Below, in pieces: positions 1-15,040 of a DNA stretch of 64,000 bases. Below the pieces are notes generated by a model that ran no database searches, was not told the DNA's origin, and saw only the letters and a program-made list of their open reading frames with translations. The DNA comes from Octopus sinensis (Eukaryota), in the NCBI RefSeq assembly GCF_006345805.1, contig NC_043000.1, positions 123,380,001-123,444,000 on the forward strand, given 5' to 3'. Position numbers and translations under genes: made by a program. How positions within the stretch are numbered: the stretch's first letter is position 1; the number at the start of each line of letters is the position of its first letter.

Positions 1-2667
1 TGAAATGGGTTTACAAACATATATTTTATAAATATTGACATGTGGTAATGCATCTATAAGAGATATTGCATTTATATAATGCTCTACAATTGCATTGTAC
101 AAGTACTAGAACCTAAAATATGATTTCATATGAAAAATATTGTATTAAATAATTATACTGTATGAACAGTTACACACAATCAAAATAGTCATATTTGTTT
201 CCAGTTTTTCTATCCATGTTCAGGCTGTTTGTTATTTGATAGACTAGCAGGGTTATTTTCTTGTAAACAAGTGAATGTTGGTGTCAGGAAGAGCTGTAAT
301 AAGTTCAGCCCCAATGCAATCTTGTCTGACCCATGCAGATATGGAAAAGTATACTCTAAAACGATGATAACATACAAACATATATATGATATATATGATT
401 ACAAAATGTCAAGTGATTGATTATTTATTATTATTCTGCTTATCCTTTACATGGAGGAAAAAGTGCTCAATGTTGAACAAATAAAAAAATCCAAAATCCA
501 AGAAAAATCTATGTGGCCTGTGTAAGCAAAAATATATAAGGTATAGGACTATCAATTCATAGTTTGTAATTTGAAATTTGCTGCAAGTATATCTCTACAA
601 CTAGATGCAGAACAGTTGGTGAAATAGAATTGTTTCAGCATTAAATAGAATGTCTTGTGGTATTTGTTGCAATTCTCTGTGCTTTGAAGGGAAATCTTGC
701 CAAGATCAACTTTGCCATTCTTCTTTCATGAAGCTGATGTCGTTGGACACTTAAGCATGTGTGTATACCACTTTGCACCCAACCACGCACACACCTTTCA
801 ACTATGTAGTCATTGCATCTTATAGCAAAAATAGTTGTAAGCTAATGAAGTTCATTAGTAAAATATGGGCTGTGACTGCAGAGGACGTGTGTAGGTGAGA
901 AAGAAATGAAGTAAACATGTTCTGTTGAATGTGCAATGTCAGTGTGCATGTACAACAGAGTGTAAATGTACTGAGAGAAAAATGGGCATGTAGTGTGCAA
1001 GGGAGATGACTATGCTGATGGTCATGTGATGTGAATGGATGAAAACAGCTGCATAAAACAATACCAATCTTTGAATGTGAGGGGAGCGTCTGGAAGAGGA
1101 AAACCCAGGAAGACTGGGATAAAGTTAGGAAAAATTATCTTCAGGTGTTGAGCTTCACAGACAAGATGACAAATGACCAAGATGATTTGGTGATTTGCTG
1201 TGCTTGAGAAGATCCATCCAGCAAAATAAAATTGCATAAAGGCATGCCATTTATGTCCCTGCCCCTGCACACAATTTGTCCCTGATAAACCTTTTCCCCT
1301 CAACCCATCTTCTTAACACCTTTCCTTCTCCTCACCCAAGTTCACCACTCACTGTATTCCCCTTCTATCTCTCACTCTCCATTCACACCCTCATGAACCT
1401 ACTTGCATTCAATGTGACCCTGTTGAATCCCTTCCCCACAACATACCCTCCCTCTAATTGTGCCTATTCACTGTATTCCCTTCCCTGCACCTCCCACTTT
1501 CCTTTTGTAATCTTGTAAACTTACCCACCCACTCACCCTATCCAATCCTTGATTCCTCTCTACCACCCTGTAACGTGAGTGTACAATATCCCCCATCACG
1601 TTTTTTCCATCTTCTCTCCCCCTTCTCTCTATCCCACTAAAATAGCTGTCTCTCTAATCATACTCTGACCTTTCATCACCTGGCACAAAGCCCCCACCCT
1701 TGATACCACTCCCCTCAGTTGAGGATTCTTGTCTTGTATATTACTTGGTGACCTAACCAGTGTTGATACCACATAACAAGCACCTAGTATCATTTATAAA
1801 GTGGTTGGTATAAGGAAAGGCATCCAGCCATAGAGATCATGGCAAAACAGATAATTAAGCTTGAAGCAGTCTTCTGACTTGCCAGCTCCTGTCAAACACA
1901 CACACACATACACACACACACATTAGAAAATGTCATAAGAATTTTATAAACTTTCAAGAGAATGTGAACTAATTCAGTTATAGAATAATCTCAAACCACA
2001 CACATAAAGCTAAAAATAGTAGCATGTAAATACTGGGTTGAAAAACCCTTTGTGATAAAGTCTTTATGTGTATGTGTGTATGTGTGTATGTGTGTGTGTG
2101 TTTCAATGTATGCACACACACACATGCATGCGCATGCATGTACACACACACACACATACACACACACATGAGAGAAGAGTGTTTTGTACTTGTAGAATGT
2201 ATAGTTTATTGAAACTGAATTTATACCTGGTGACTTGGGTTTCATGCCTCTTCAATCTTCAGGCAAGAACTGTCACATTTCAGTTCTTGTAATATATTTA
2301 TAGTGGTTGGTGTGGATGTGGTCATATGTTTGTATTTGTACATTTTGTGTTTGCTGACTAACTATTATTTTTCTGTCTCTTCGTTGGTTATCACTTATCC
2401 ATTCTAAATTGATCTATTAATCTAGTTAAGGCTGCTCTTTTATTAACTTTGTTTCAGTGTGTTTTTTGGCCTTTTCGATGGTATTATGTTTGTAAATGTT
2501 ATTAAGGGAATTTTAAAGATGCTTCTGAGTGAGAGATTTTTGGAAACTAGTAAAGATGGATCTATTGTAAAAGATATTTCTAGTTGAGTGATTTTGGCAG
2601 GCTCTTAGAAAGTGCCTGTGTTTATATCAATGGGTACCTTTTTAATTATAATTCTTTAGGGTGCATT

Positions 2668-2709
<42 letters not shown>

Positions 2710-3888
2710 TGTGTGTGTGTGTGTGTGCGTATGAATGTATATATGTATATATACATAGGCATATACACAGATAAAGAATTTTGTATAAATCATTGAAGAG
2801 CATGTGATATTTGAATAGTAGGTCTTCAGTAAGGGGCCTGTCTATCAATCAATCAAGTTCTGTATACCATAAACCTGCAAAACATTGAGTTCCACCTTCA
2901 CCAGTTGGTCATGTAGTTGGAATAGGAAACAGTATGGCTCCCAATATTTGTTGTTTAGCCTCAGATCAACTATGACCAAAGTCATTCCAGTCATTACTAT
3001 CCTGTTGTTTTTCTTTCTGCATGGAAGCCAAGAATACTAAACCCAGAGTGTCTGGATTTTCTAAGACAGATTTGATTGCTTTTTCTAGCAGGTTGAACAG
3101 CTACAGTGAAGTTCAGGTAGAATGCCATGTAATACCTTTGCGGTTGTTACTTATACCTCTATACTCTCATTCAAGCCCTGCAAGGATCAGCTTTCTTTCC
3201 TGAATTATCAGTAAAATATTTCCCTTTCAAGTATGAACAGTAGTTCAGTTATACCCTAAGCAATTTGTGACTTTGTACCTTTGCAAATAACCAGCAATGA
3301 TATAAATATAAAGATGAATAGAACTACTTGCATACTGCACTTCTTGGTATTGTTTATTCTAACATAAAGCCATTTAATTATTATTGATGTTTCAATAATA
3401 AAATCACAATTCTCCTTTGTATTTGAGTATTTGAATAAGCTTATCAGTATGCTTACATATCTCATCTTAAAGTAATTCCTTCTGCACAAAAGACATGTTC
3501 TTGCCATATTCCATCATGGATTTTTTTCCATGAGGTGTTATACAGTTGGATACTATTCATATTGTGTTATAATATTGTTGACTGCTTATAGTGACTTGCA
3601 TGTATCAATAAGCAATAAATTGGTTGAAGTTGCATTCAAAGCATAAACATAAGTAAACCATAACTTTTTTTATATATATCATTTAGTTTTCTAGCATTAA
3701 TAAGATTTTTTTCTTGTATATTTTAATAATATATATAAAAGTTAAATACACTGTCTGAAACAATATATTTTCATTGTTTTTACTTATAATGATGATTATA
3801 GTATAGCTTTGTATGTATATGATATGTTTATGTATGTATGTTAATATACATTTTATATACTGACATATTTTCTTATTGTCTTTTTCAG

Positions 3889-4390
3889 GAGCATAAGTAC
3901 TCCACCTGAACCCTCACAACCTGGGAGAAACAATCATCAAAATTCCATTGGGAATGGAGCTAGTAGTGTGAAGACACGACCAAGCATCACTCCAGACAAC
4001 CCAACTAATACCTTAGAAACAGAAACAAATCAATTCCCAGGGAAAACCTTTGAAAACTCAGATGATTTGAATATTGGTCTGATTGTTGGCATAGCTGCTG
4101 GTGTTCTTGTGGCTTTGATAGTTCTTATTATTGCGCTTTATAAATTTCGAAGTCGAGATGAGGGCTCCTACAAAATAGATGAGACCCAGAACTTTGCATA
4201 CTTGGACTCAAAGCAACAGCAGAGCAACGGAGCATTACTACCTCACAACACCACACCTGGTGGCGGTTTAGGCGGAGGCATAGGTGGTATGGGAGGTATG
4301 GGAGGAGGCATGGGTGGTAGCATTGTTAGTGGAGGTGGTGGGGGTGGCAAAAGTGGCAAGAAAAAAGATGTGAAAGAGTGGTATGTATAA
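3889..4390 (+). CDS. Nrx-1: Neurexin, terminal coding exon (Ser/Thr/Pro-rich stalk, TM helix, cytoplasmic tail)
   Basis: Acceptor tttttcAG at 3881-3888 (phase 2). The frame reads SISTPPEPSQPG...IGLIVGIAAGVLVALIVLIIAL (TM), then YKFRSRDEGSYKIDE (protein 4.1-binding motif), then KKKDVKEWYV* (PDZ ligand typical of invertebrate neurexin-1). Upstream exons were not identified in this window. Confidence 0.93.
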
Positions 4391-5089
4391 AGATTGCACA
4401 CTCTACCAACCGACCAACCGACCAACCAACCAACCGACCGACTGACTGATATTATTGTTATTGTTGTTGTCCCTTCTAATCTAAACAAATTTCTATGACC
4501 AGCAGGATTTCGGTCGGTAGGTAAAGGGGGAGGGGAACTAAGGCAGAGCAGTTGCTACTGCTGCTGCTGCTGCTGTTGCTGCAATTAAAGCTATTTAGCT
4601 TTTGCACCAAGCATGATTGCCTCAGCAGGAGTAAACACTCTTCAGATTTTAAATACTAAGCTGGATTTAGGAAAAAATAAAAGGAAGAAAATATAAATTG
4701 CCACATTTATGATATAAAATCTTTTCCTCTCCTCATAAGCATTTTTTAAGTGGGGGGTGTAAAAAAAGACATCAAGGACACAGAGTTTGTACCAGGTTGA
4801 GGAATGTTCATTTGTAACTAAATGCATTTCCTTGTTCACTTGGAAAAAGAAAATTTGCCACATTTGAGTAATACTCTTGGAGTGATTTTTTTTTTTAATT
4901 CTATCTATTCAAAAGATAGTAAAATATTGAGGCAACAGTAAACAGGAATTGTCTTTAACTTCTTGAAGGCAAAATTCATATTTTCAATAGAGAATGTTTT
5001 AGGATCAATTTTGTTCTGGCATATATGTATATATGAATGACTATATATATATGCATGTTTATACGTTTGATTATGTATTTATTTATGGT

Positions 5090-5132
<43 letters not shown>

Positions 5133-5708
5133 ATAAATATATACACATTTATAAATGTACGTAATGTATAAATTCATACTTGCATGCATGTAAGCGTGCG
5201 TGGATGTTTGTATGTATGTGCATATTTGTGTGTGCAGAATGCATTTATATAAGCGTGTTTCCATGTAATAGGACAAATAAATTCACAAGCACATACATAT
5301 CCATATGTGCATGCACATACACACAGACACACACACACACACACACGCACACATACACACACACATATAAAACCATAATTATCAATGTGAATTATTTTTC
5401 CACATCTGGTAAGTGTGTTTTAATGCCCTTGGCAACATATAGGAGATAGAATATTGAAACTTTAAAAAGAAAATAGATATTTATAAAGAAATGAAAAGAT
5501 ATTTACATCAAGTGGAGGTTACTATTTAGGCATACCATTGTTACAAATATTTACCCAACTCTAAGAGAAAAGTTTTAGTTTGCATGCTAAATTCAAGCAG
5601 GGGTATTATAAATAATTTACAAATTTTTAATTGCATATTTTTCCAAATACTATCAAATCTATAATTTGTATTAAATTTAAACTATAAGAGCAATCATATA
5701 TATATATT

Positions 5709-5739
<31 letters not shown>

Positions 5740-7734
5740 ATATCTTCTGTTGCTCTCAGTTTTTCTTTCTCTCTCTCACACACATGCGCATGCATATTGA
5801 AATATTCAGACAATATCTATAAATGCAAGTACTTAAATTTTGTGTGCATGTATACAGAAATCACTACATATATATATTTATATATATATATATATTATAA
5901 AGATTTCAGTTTGCTATTTACAAATAATTTATAAGTATTGGCATATACATGTATATGTGATATGTATCTGTAGCTTTGTGCCTGTGTATGTATGTGTATT
6001 TCCATTTGTATGTATGATGAAGAATGTTTGCTGGTCTTCTTCCTCCCTTTTTAATGGATATAAATGTGTGTGTGCATGTGAGCTTGTTTTATATTTACAC
6101 ACCCAAAATTTGTGTAGCAATACATATACGTGTGTATGTGTGTGTGTCTGCTAGTATGAATGTATGTATACAAGGTTGACTTTTAAATATATAAATATAT
6201 ATATGTGTGTGTGTATGTATGTATATATACATGCATACATAATATATATATATACATATATATATATACACCAACATATACACACACAAAGGTGTACATA
6301 AAATTGTACATAATTACATATACAAGATATGCACACAAATGCTGAATAGTGATCACCAATGTATGGATGTAAGCTAAATTTATGTACATGTATATATTAA
6401 GATATGCGCACACACACACATACACCTACACACACACACACACACATAATGCAAGCATACACACACCACCACTACTCCCTCATACTGCATGCTTCTAGAA
6501 ATTGCTTTAAAATCTTTTTTGTTTCTTTTCCATTCTTGTGTCTAATTGAAAGTATTATTAACTGCTACTGATACCTGTATTGTGCTATATTGCATTGGTA
6601 TGAATTAGTAGTATTGAAACCTCAGGTTTTTCATTGGTCTTTCATAACTATTTCCTTAATGCTGCATAGATGCACTTTTTTATTAAAATAATTGAAAAGA
6701 AAATGAAAAAATAACTAAGCAAAAGATCATATGCTGTGTCACTGTGATATTAACTGTTACTATTGCTGTAATATTAGTCTTTGGTTGCAGTTATGATTTC
6801 CCATTTCATTTATTATTTCTTCTTGATTCCAATTTTTGTTTTCATTATACTAAAGATATACATTTCTACATACAAGTTCTGTCTTGGTTTTTGCTTAACT
6901 TATTCAACCTAGTCTCTTTTCTTTTGGAAATGTCTGAATGGTATGAGAGCAAAATACCAGAGAAATAGGATCAGTACACATTACTGAATTCAATATAATA
7001 TTTCCCTTAGAACAAGTGGAGATCTCTTTGTTTAATAAATAATAAAGATTGGAATGAATGCTCAATAAGGTTGCATTGTAATCAGCATTGAAACCTAATT
7101 TTAGAAAAACAGACATTAGTATATACTTTTTTTTTCACTTTTTTATTTCATACTTCTCATCTAGCTAATTTAAGTTGATTATTATTATTTGCAGTCTTCC
7201 TATATTATTCTTTTTGTCAGCCTGCAAATGCAAAAACATTCATTTTACGAGGTTTCTATTCCTGTTTTCCAATAATTTCTTCTATGGATAACTACAATCA
7301 AAACACTATTCATTCTTATTCCTGAAACATTATCCTTAAAGAAGGAAACACAAGCATCTACTTCAACTATTTTCTTGTTAATTCAAAGCTTAGAAACATA
7401 AAATCTATTAATCTAGAATAAAAGAGTATTTAGTATTGATTCTATGAACAAATTAAAATTTATTAAGTAAACAAAACAATAAATTTCTTGGATTTTAGTC
7501 TGAAATACATTTATGATTGATGAATGTTTATACTTAGTCTAAAACTCTTACTTAATTTTCAGACAAAACTTAATATTCAAAAGTGCTAGTCCATGATAAA
7601 CATTTTGATGTCCTTTGAATTCATTTGTATGCAAAATTGCCATTGTGCTCTGAGTCATTGTACACCCTTCCCCTTCAGTTAGGTTTTGTTTTCCCCTTTC
7701 TTAACCATATTACTTTCTTATACACACACACACA

Positions 7735-7739
<5 letters not shown>

Positions 7740-7772
<33 letters not shown>

Positions 7773-7784
7773 CATATATATACA

Positions 7785-7816
<32 letters not shown>

Positions 7817-7914
7817 ATACATATATATACATATATATATATACATATATATACATATATATATACATACAATATATATATATATATATACCACATATAT
7901 ATATATATATACAC

Positions 7915-7967
<53 letters not shown>

Positions 7968-8003
7968 TATATACACATATATATATCATATATATATATA
8001 CAC

Positions 8004-8043
<40 letters not shown>

Positions 8044-8049
8044 ATAATA

Positions 8050-8090
<41 letters not shown>

Positions 8091-8107
8091 ATACATAATA
8101 TATATAT

Positions 8108-8140
<33 letters not shown>

Positions 8141-8186
8141 CATACATATATATATATATATACATACATATAATATATATATGCAT

Positions 8187-8230
<44 letters not shown>
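7740..8230. repeat. Long imperfect (TA)n/(TACA)n microsatellite
   Basis: Directly visible; source of several spurious YI-repeat ORFs. Confidence 0.95.
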
Positions 8231-8232
<2 letters not shown>

Positions 8233-11200
8233 ATATTGTTTGGCAAGGGATTTGATCTGAAACTGTAAGTTGAAACAAATCTTAGTTATACTATTTATTT
8301 TTGACATACACTGCCTGTAAAGGAATAAAAAGTAAATTTAATAGCCTATTTGCTTTGATAAATGGACAACATTACGCTACCAAAATTTAACAAACTGTAC
8401 AAGAAAGGCATACGCACATGTATATTTGCATGTACATAATAATAATGATTATCATTATGTGTGTGTATATATATATATATATATCATATACATACATTAC
8501 TTACATACATAGACACACACAAACATGCATACTAACATTTCCTGACCTAAATATATTTAGATGCATACAAATATACATAGATTCTTTTATATTTTAAACT
8601 AGTGCTCAAATTCTCCTTGTCCATCATTCCGTCCAACTATTTCTATCCCATTTTATATTAATTTTTGTTATTTGATTAGAGAATTTTGTTTTCAAGCATT
8701 AGCTGCCAAGTCATTAGTTTTAAAGACCTCCAATCCACATATATATTGTTTTACATAAGTGTTGATAAGAGATATTAATGATGATTAATAAACTTAAAGG
8801 ATACACTTTTGTCATGGATGATTCTAAAAAATATTAATATTAAATATTGTTGCCTCACCTACTAATTCATTGCTATTTCTTATTATTAATAATCATGATA
8901 TCAAATAAAATATTTTAAGTTAATTAAAACTGTTTCCTGAAATAATTATTTAAATTACAATTTTTATTTGACAATTGCAACATCCTGGCCAAGCTAGAAA
9001 ATGTGCCTATAGTCAGATACTAGATTTCAGTTAACTAACAATGACAGATGCTTTTATTAAAAGAATCCATTTAAAAATTCATTTCTTACATTTGTCTCCT
9101 AGTATTGCTCCACGTTGGAAAAAAAATATTTGAATAAATGAAAATAGAAGTATTCATTATTAACATTTGATTATTAACGTTAAACAATATGATTTGACAC
9201 CAGAATATATATATATACACATATATATACATATACACACATATATATATATATATGTGTGGTTGTATATATATATATATATATATATATAAACAGCAAC
9301 ATTTTTATATTTTTGCTTTAAGGGCTAAATAAAAGATTTTTCAGATTTTATTTTCATGTTAAAGTATAACCTTAAGAATACTTTGTTGCTATTATTTACA
9401 TCAGTATCTGTTAGATAATATAGCATCAACGCAAAATCATTTAGAAAACTACTTATTTACTGACATTATTCAGATGAAGTAAATAAAGAAATGTTCAGAC
9501 ATGTGTATTTTTGACATTGTAAATGTAAGTGAATTGATGCACTATGTATCTGAACAACAACCTTAACTTCTTTGCATTAAAGCTTTCTTTATCCAAATAT
9601 AGATATTCCGTCATTATACAGTCACATACAGGAGCAATTCCAACACTGATACATGTCACAACTACATATATGAATATATATATGCACATATCCTTAAATG
9701 CAAATGACAAACAGTAATAAATCCTACACATACAAAATGTCTTCACCTTAAGATAACCTTTAACAAAGGCAAATTGAACTTCTTGTGGTATATATCCATT
9801 TCTGCTTATCAATAAAGAGAAACTAGGCTCTGGTGTTAAAGAATCTCTCACTCTAAGACATTCTTCCTTAGCTTTCAACATCTTTTATTAACACATATAT
9901 TGCTTTGTTACTCTGCTACTGATGATGTGTTTAGATTCCACTTTATTCTATAACTTCTGGCAAGTTTAATTTTATCTTACTATAATAAAGTTTAACTTTC
10001 TGTTGGTTGTAAATGCTTTAGGTCTGTTCTCATTTCTCCAGTTTCAATATGTTTGCTTAGTCCCAGTGTTTGAGTTGATTGAATAACAAGTCTGAACTTT
10101 ATTTACAATTCTGTTCTCTTCATATATTCTGCCTTTCTCTGTATGAAAATTAACCCAGACAAAAGTAAATTTACATGAATTTATTTTCATTTAAATTTAT
10201 AAATCAACTGCAAATTATAAAGATTTGCTTCTGTTATTGTTGTTACTGATGATGAGGCTTCTGGGTTGTTGTTGATTAGAAAATTGTTCTTGTTATCTTG
10301 TTGATTAGTTTATGTTGATATATTTTTACAATTTACGAAAACTTGAAGATAGAACAGCAATTGAAAAGAAACTAAACACACACACACACACACACACACA
10401 TTGGATAAAGCTACTACAAGCACAGTAGTACAAATTACCCAGAGATCAAACAAATATTGTGTAACATATTCTAAACTATGAAGTCACTAATTCATTTTTA
10501 TTCTTCATATATCTTTATTATAAATTTTAATTTCACTACTAATTACAGTTGACACAGAATATCAAAATATAACACTTCTAACAGCTTTGCTGATAATCGA
10601 TTTAAATCAGGGTATACTTTTTCTCATTTCTTTGATGCACAATTGTAATTAGATTCTGACTTTAGTGAAAGAATAGCTCATAGATAAATATATCATCTCA
10701 CTTTGTAGAAAAATAAAGTCCCTTTCAACCCCTTCTTCCAACAGCTCATTTGCATAGAATAGAATGTTTCCTTTCTAAGAATCAAACAATAGTTTAGGGT
10801 ATCAAAAGCAAAAAAATATAGTTAAAAATATATTGAATGCTGTTGCTACAGTTTCAATAACTTTGATTCAGGTAATATATTTAAGGGATAAAAATTCTAA
10901 AATACAAATAATTAAAAGTAATACATACAACACTTCCATGTAACTTTATTTAGTAAAACTACTTTCATGTTTAAATTTATGTACATTCAAAATGTACATT
11001 TTATTCTATGTTCAACATAATTTCTTTCAATTTTATTTCCATGTTTGAGTGATGCTACTAACACTTTCCTTAAATTCAGTTCTCTCTCTCTCGATATATA
11101 TATATCATATACACACTCTCTCTCCCAAATTAGAAATAAAAAAATAAATTGATTACTTATAAGTATTCTTAAGCTAAAGTTATGTTTTAGAAAAATACCT

Positions 11201-12186
11201 ATTTAGAAAAAAATTGAATATTTCTTTGTTTTTCAAATCATAGGAAATAATTTGTATTATGAAATATCTAACTTATATGACATTGGAACAGTTCTAATTA
11301 ACATTTCAGATTAGCCTAATCAGCTGTAGGGATGAAATAAACACTTTTCAGTTAATTGATATGATAAATCATTATCATGGGGAGTCCTTCAAAGAGAATG
11401 TGCCAATGTCATAGACATATATACATGCACACATACATTCCAAACATATCCACACACTCACACACATACGCATATGGACATCATGTTTTTTCATTACAGC
11501 AGGTCTTGTGCCTGTGTGCATAAATGTATCAGAACAATTCCCAATTCTCTTTGCCCATAGAAAACGTAACTCTTTAAAAATACAGTTCCATTTCCAACTA
11601 CATCTATGTGTGAGAATTTGTGTTGTGTGAGTGTTTGTATGTGTGCATGTCTATGTAAGTGTACATATATGCTCATTCATAAATCGAAATGTACATATAT
11701 GTGTATGTAGTTCATATATTATATGTATATGTAAATAGTACATATTTTGCTTGTTGGGATGTGCCTCTATTTGCATATATATATGTATATATCTATGTAC
11801 AAATGTGCATCCATGTATATATAGAGTATAAGCAAATAATTGTGATATCTTTGAAGATATATTTAGTATATTATAAGGGTATTGTTATATAACAGATAGT
11901 GTGTAATACATCAAATGATAACCTCAAGGGGCTTGGCATTGCTGGTTCTGTTAGATTATAATTCAGTTAACTCTCTTGCCTTTATTATACTGATATTCAA
12001 TAAAATGAAACTAATCTTTCCTATTAACTATTTTATTATTAAATTTTAAACACAATATCTTAAAGATAATGAATATTTTTATAGATATATAGATATAAAG
12101 ATATGTTTTACTCTTTTCATTATAACTTCTAACATCATATACACACAGCCAGACAGACACACACACACACACACACACACAGATAT

Positions 12187-12222
<36 letters not shown>

Positions 12223-12499
12223 CGGGATACTTTTCATTTCCTGACCTGCTGCCAGATAGCAGTATACATGAGTCAGATGTTAAGTTTTATTGGGAAATAT
12301 ATTTTTTTATTTTTTTTTATTTACACTTTTTATTTTTGTAGTTTTAAAAGAAAATTCTAATTTTCTGATCTCACTCCAAGAGGAAAACACATTATTTATT
12401 TAAATGGTATCTTAATAAAACTACCTACTGACAAGCCCATAATCTCCTAGACAAGAAATTAATCTTAAAGCCCTCTTAACCAGCTAACAAATACAACAG

Positions 12500-12683
12500 T
12501 TAGCGTTATTGGAATAAGTATAATTACGATCATTATTATTGCTCTTGTTGTTGCTGTTATTATTATGATTATTATTATTAACATCGTCGTCACCATCATT
12601 ATCACCATCATCATCATTGTCATCATTATCATCATCATTGAAATCACTTTCACCATCACCATCAATATCATTGCTCTCCTGTC

Positions 12684-12717
<34 letters not shown>

Positions 12718-12750
12718 TTCATATTAATATTATTATCATCATCCTCTCCT
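12500..12750. repeat. (ATT)n/(ATC)n trinucleotide microsatellite
   Basis: Directly visible; produces the poly-Ile/poly-Met pseudo-ORFs. Confidence 0.9.
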
Positions 12751-14794
12751 AATGACTATTGTATTTATTTTAGTTCAGAAATGGATTTGGAGACGTTTTG
12801 TGATTTAATTGCATTGCAGATTATTGTGTTACATTCATAAATTGAAATTTTTGTCTCGTTTCCATTTAATAATTTTTAATACTATAACTTTAAGTTAGCT
12901 TTGCCTAGCCCTCACCGCAAAATTAATTTACAAAATATGTTGGCCATGTTGATACCCAACTTGTTGAAATCATATAATAACTAACAATCAGAGAACCATT
13001 GCTCCAATGTTGAACAGATTGTCGCCACTCAATTACACAAATGAATTCGAAATTACCATGAACTAACCAAAGATTCTAAGAACTATGCCAGAATCTGCTG
13101 GCTAGCCTTGTAGTACAGCAGCAGCAGCAGCAACAACAGGCAGCTACACGAGCAAAAGATGTTGCAACAGCGCTGCTTTGCGCATGTATATGAAAGGAGA
13201 CATTATCTACTAAAACAGTACAAATATAACAAAGGAATGGAGATAAAACCGTGGGATTCTTGCATTAAATCCATCTTTGAGATTAAATCTACAAATGGAT
13301 TTATGTGTATGTGTATGGGAAAATATGTGTATGTATACTTTGTGTACACACACACGTCAAAATCTATAAACTTTATATATACATATATACATATATATAT
13401 ATATAAAATACATATATCATATGTACGTTTCAATGTGTTTATATACATATATATATATGAAAATACATATATGTCTATATGTATATATCTAAATATACAT
13501 ATAGCTATATCCATGCATGTACATATATAAATAAACATGTATGTATGTGTGTGTGTATATATACATATATATATATATGCAAATATAAATTGTAAATATA
13601 CATTCACATATATAAATATATATGTCTGTATATTGGAGTGTATAGAAGTCTTCTTGTTACATTTAGGTGACAAAAAAGAAAACATTTTTGGTGGGGAGGG
13701 TAATAATTTTTTATTTTTTTGGCATTCAATTTCAGGAATGTTACCAATAATTAAGATGCCAACAATTGTTTTGAACTCTTTGCTAACTTTTGTGTGTTAA
13801 ACTAGGCAGCTGAAATCTAAAAGCATCAGTACATATTTGTTATATTCTTCATGCATATTTGGAGTATGTTTCCTCTTAATTTAATCCATTTCATCTTATT
13901 TTTTAGCTAATGAAGTTAAAATCAATTCTGAAAACAATTAAACATAATAAAGATAAACTATGGATAGAAGTAAATTAAGTAAAATGAGCTTTGTAATAAA
14001 GATAGTGTCCTTCACTTTTTATTTGTACTCTTTAGAATAAGTGCATTTTGTATGTTTTTGAAGGTGAATAAGTGACGATTAACCCAACTTCTTTCTTTAT
14101 GTAAGATGTGTGTGTGTGATCAAGTGTGTGTGTATGCACGTGTGTGTGTCTGTATACCTATTCAACTTGAGACACACCCCAAATTAGTTTGTTGTTCCAG
14201 CTACAGTTAAGTACTGTTCTAAGCTGGCTAACTAGAGAATATATTGTCATTGACTATAAAAGAACAGTTCTAAATAGAAGAGATTAAATATGTTGAAGAA
14301 TGTGAGGGATGAATTTTACTTCAAATATACATGCTCATATTTACTTGCATATATGTATATAAATACATGCATGCTTACATAAATAAGTGGCCATATCTTG
14401 CTATAGAGCAAATAAAACATATGCCAGCATATTTCATCTTTTTGCTGGAACCAAATCATAGTAACACATTGTTGCTTTCAGTCAAACAATTCTCATTTCA
14501 AAATTTGGCAGTTTTTTCATTGCTTTCAAAAGTGCAATTTACTTTAGATAATTTTTTTCTCTACATTATAATGAGAAGACTTCTATATGCATATTTTATT
14601 GATAAAGATGAACAAAATCTCATGTATATTGTACTGAAAACACTAACAACAGAAGGTAATATATATGATTTTTTTTAAGTTATATCTCACACTAGAGAAA
14701 AATTAAGAGTACTCTAAGGAAGACTTTTTTTTTTTCAATGAAGTACATTTTTTTACTTCTGTACTTAGAAAAGTGTACTTCAATCCCAAATTGC

Positions 14795-15040
14795 CTCACT
14801 GAGGGAATGTCTCTATAATCATCTACCCCATTGAGGAATGTATGCTTCTGTTTCTACCGGCCTTATTGAAGTTGATGTGTTTCTTTAACCACCAACTCCA
14901 TTGAGGAAGGTGTGTCTCTATTCTCATCTACTCCCCTGAGGAATATATACTTCAGTTTCTACCCACCTCATTGAAGTAGATGTGTTTCTATCACCAACTG
15001 CCCCAAAAAAAGGGTGCTGTGTATCTATTTCCATCTATCC
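14795..15040. repeat. Degenerate ~35-bp minisatellite with ~105-bp higher-order period
   Basis: Units begin ttgagga/ttgaagt, e.g. ttgaggaatgtatgcttctgtttctaccggcctta (14831) recurs as tgaggaatatatacttcagtttctacccacctca (~14937). Confidence 0.7.

Noticed and set aside
4403-4522. Pairing of the (CCGA/CCAA)n repeat after the neurexin stop with downstream TCGGTCGGT
   Set aside because: Only about 9 bp of complementarity involving a simple repeat; chance cannot be excluded.
7710-8307. Long YI/VC/HT-repeat ORFs (also at 1978-2292, 5079-6425, 13159-13800, 51187-52532, 55304-57297 and 63358-63960)
   Set aside because: Translations of (TA)n/(CA)n microsatellites; stop-free only because of composition.
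12465-12840. Poly-Ile/poly-Met hydrophobic ORFs resembling membrane proteins
   Set aside because: (ATT)n/(ATC)n repeats with no splice or motif support.
14795-15040. CRISPR-like periodicity
   Set aside because: Contiguous diverged tandem units without unique spacers; eukaryotic context; no cas genes.
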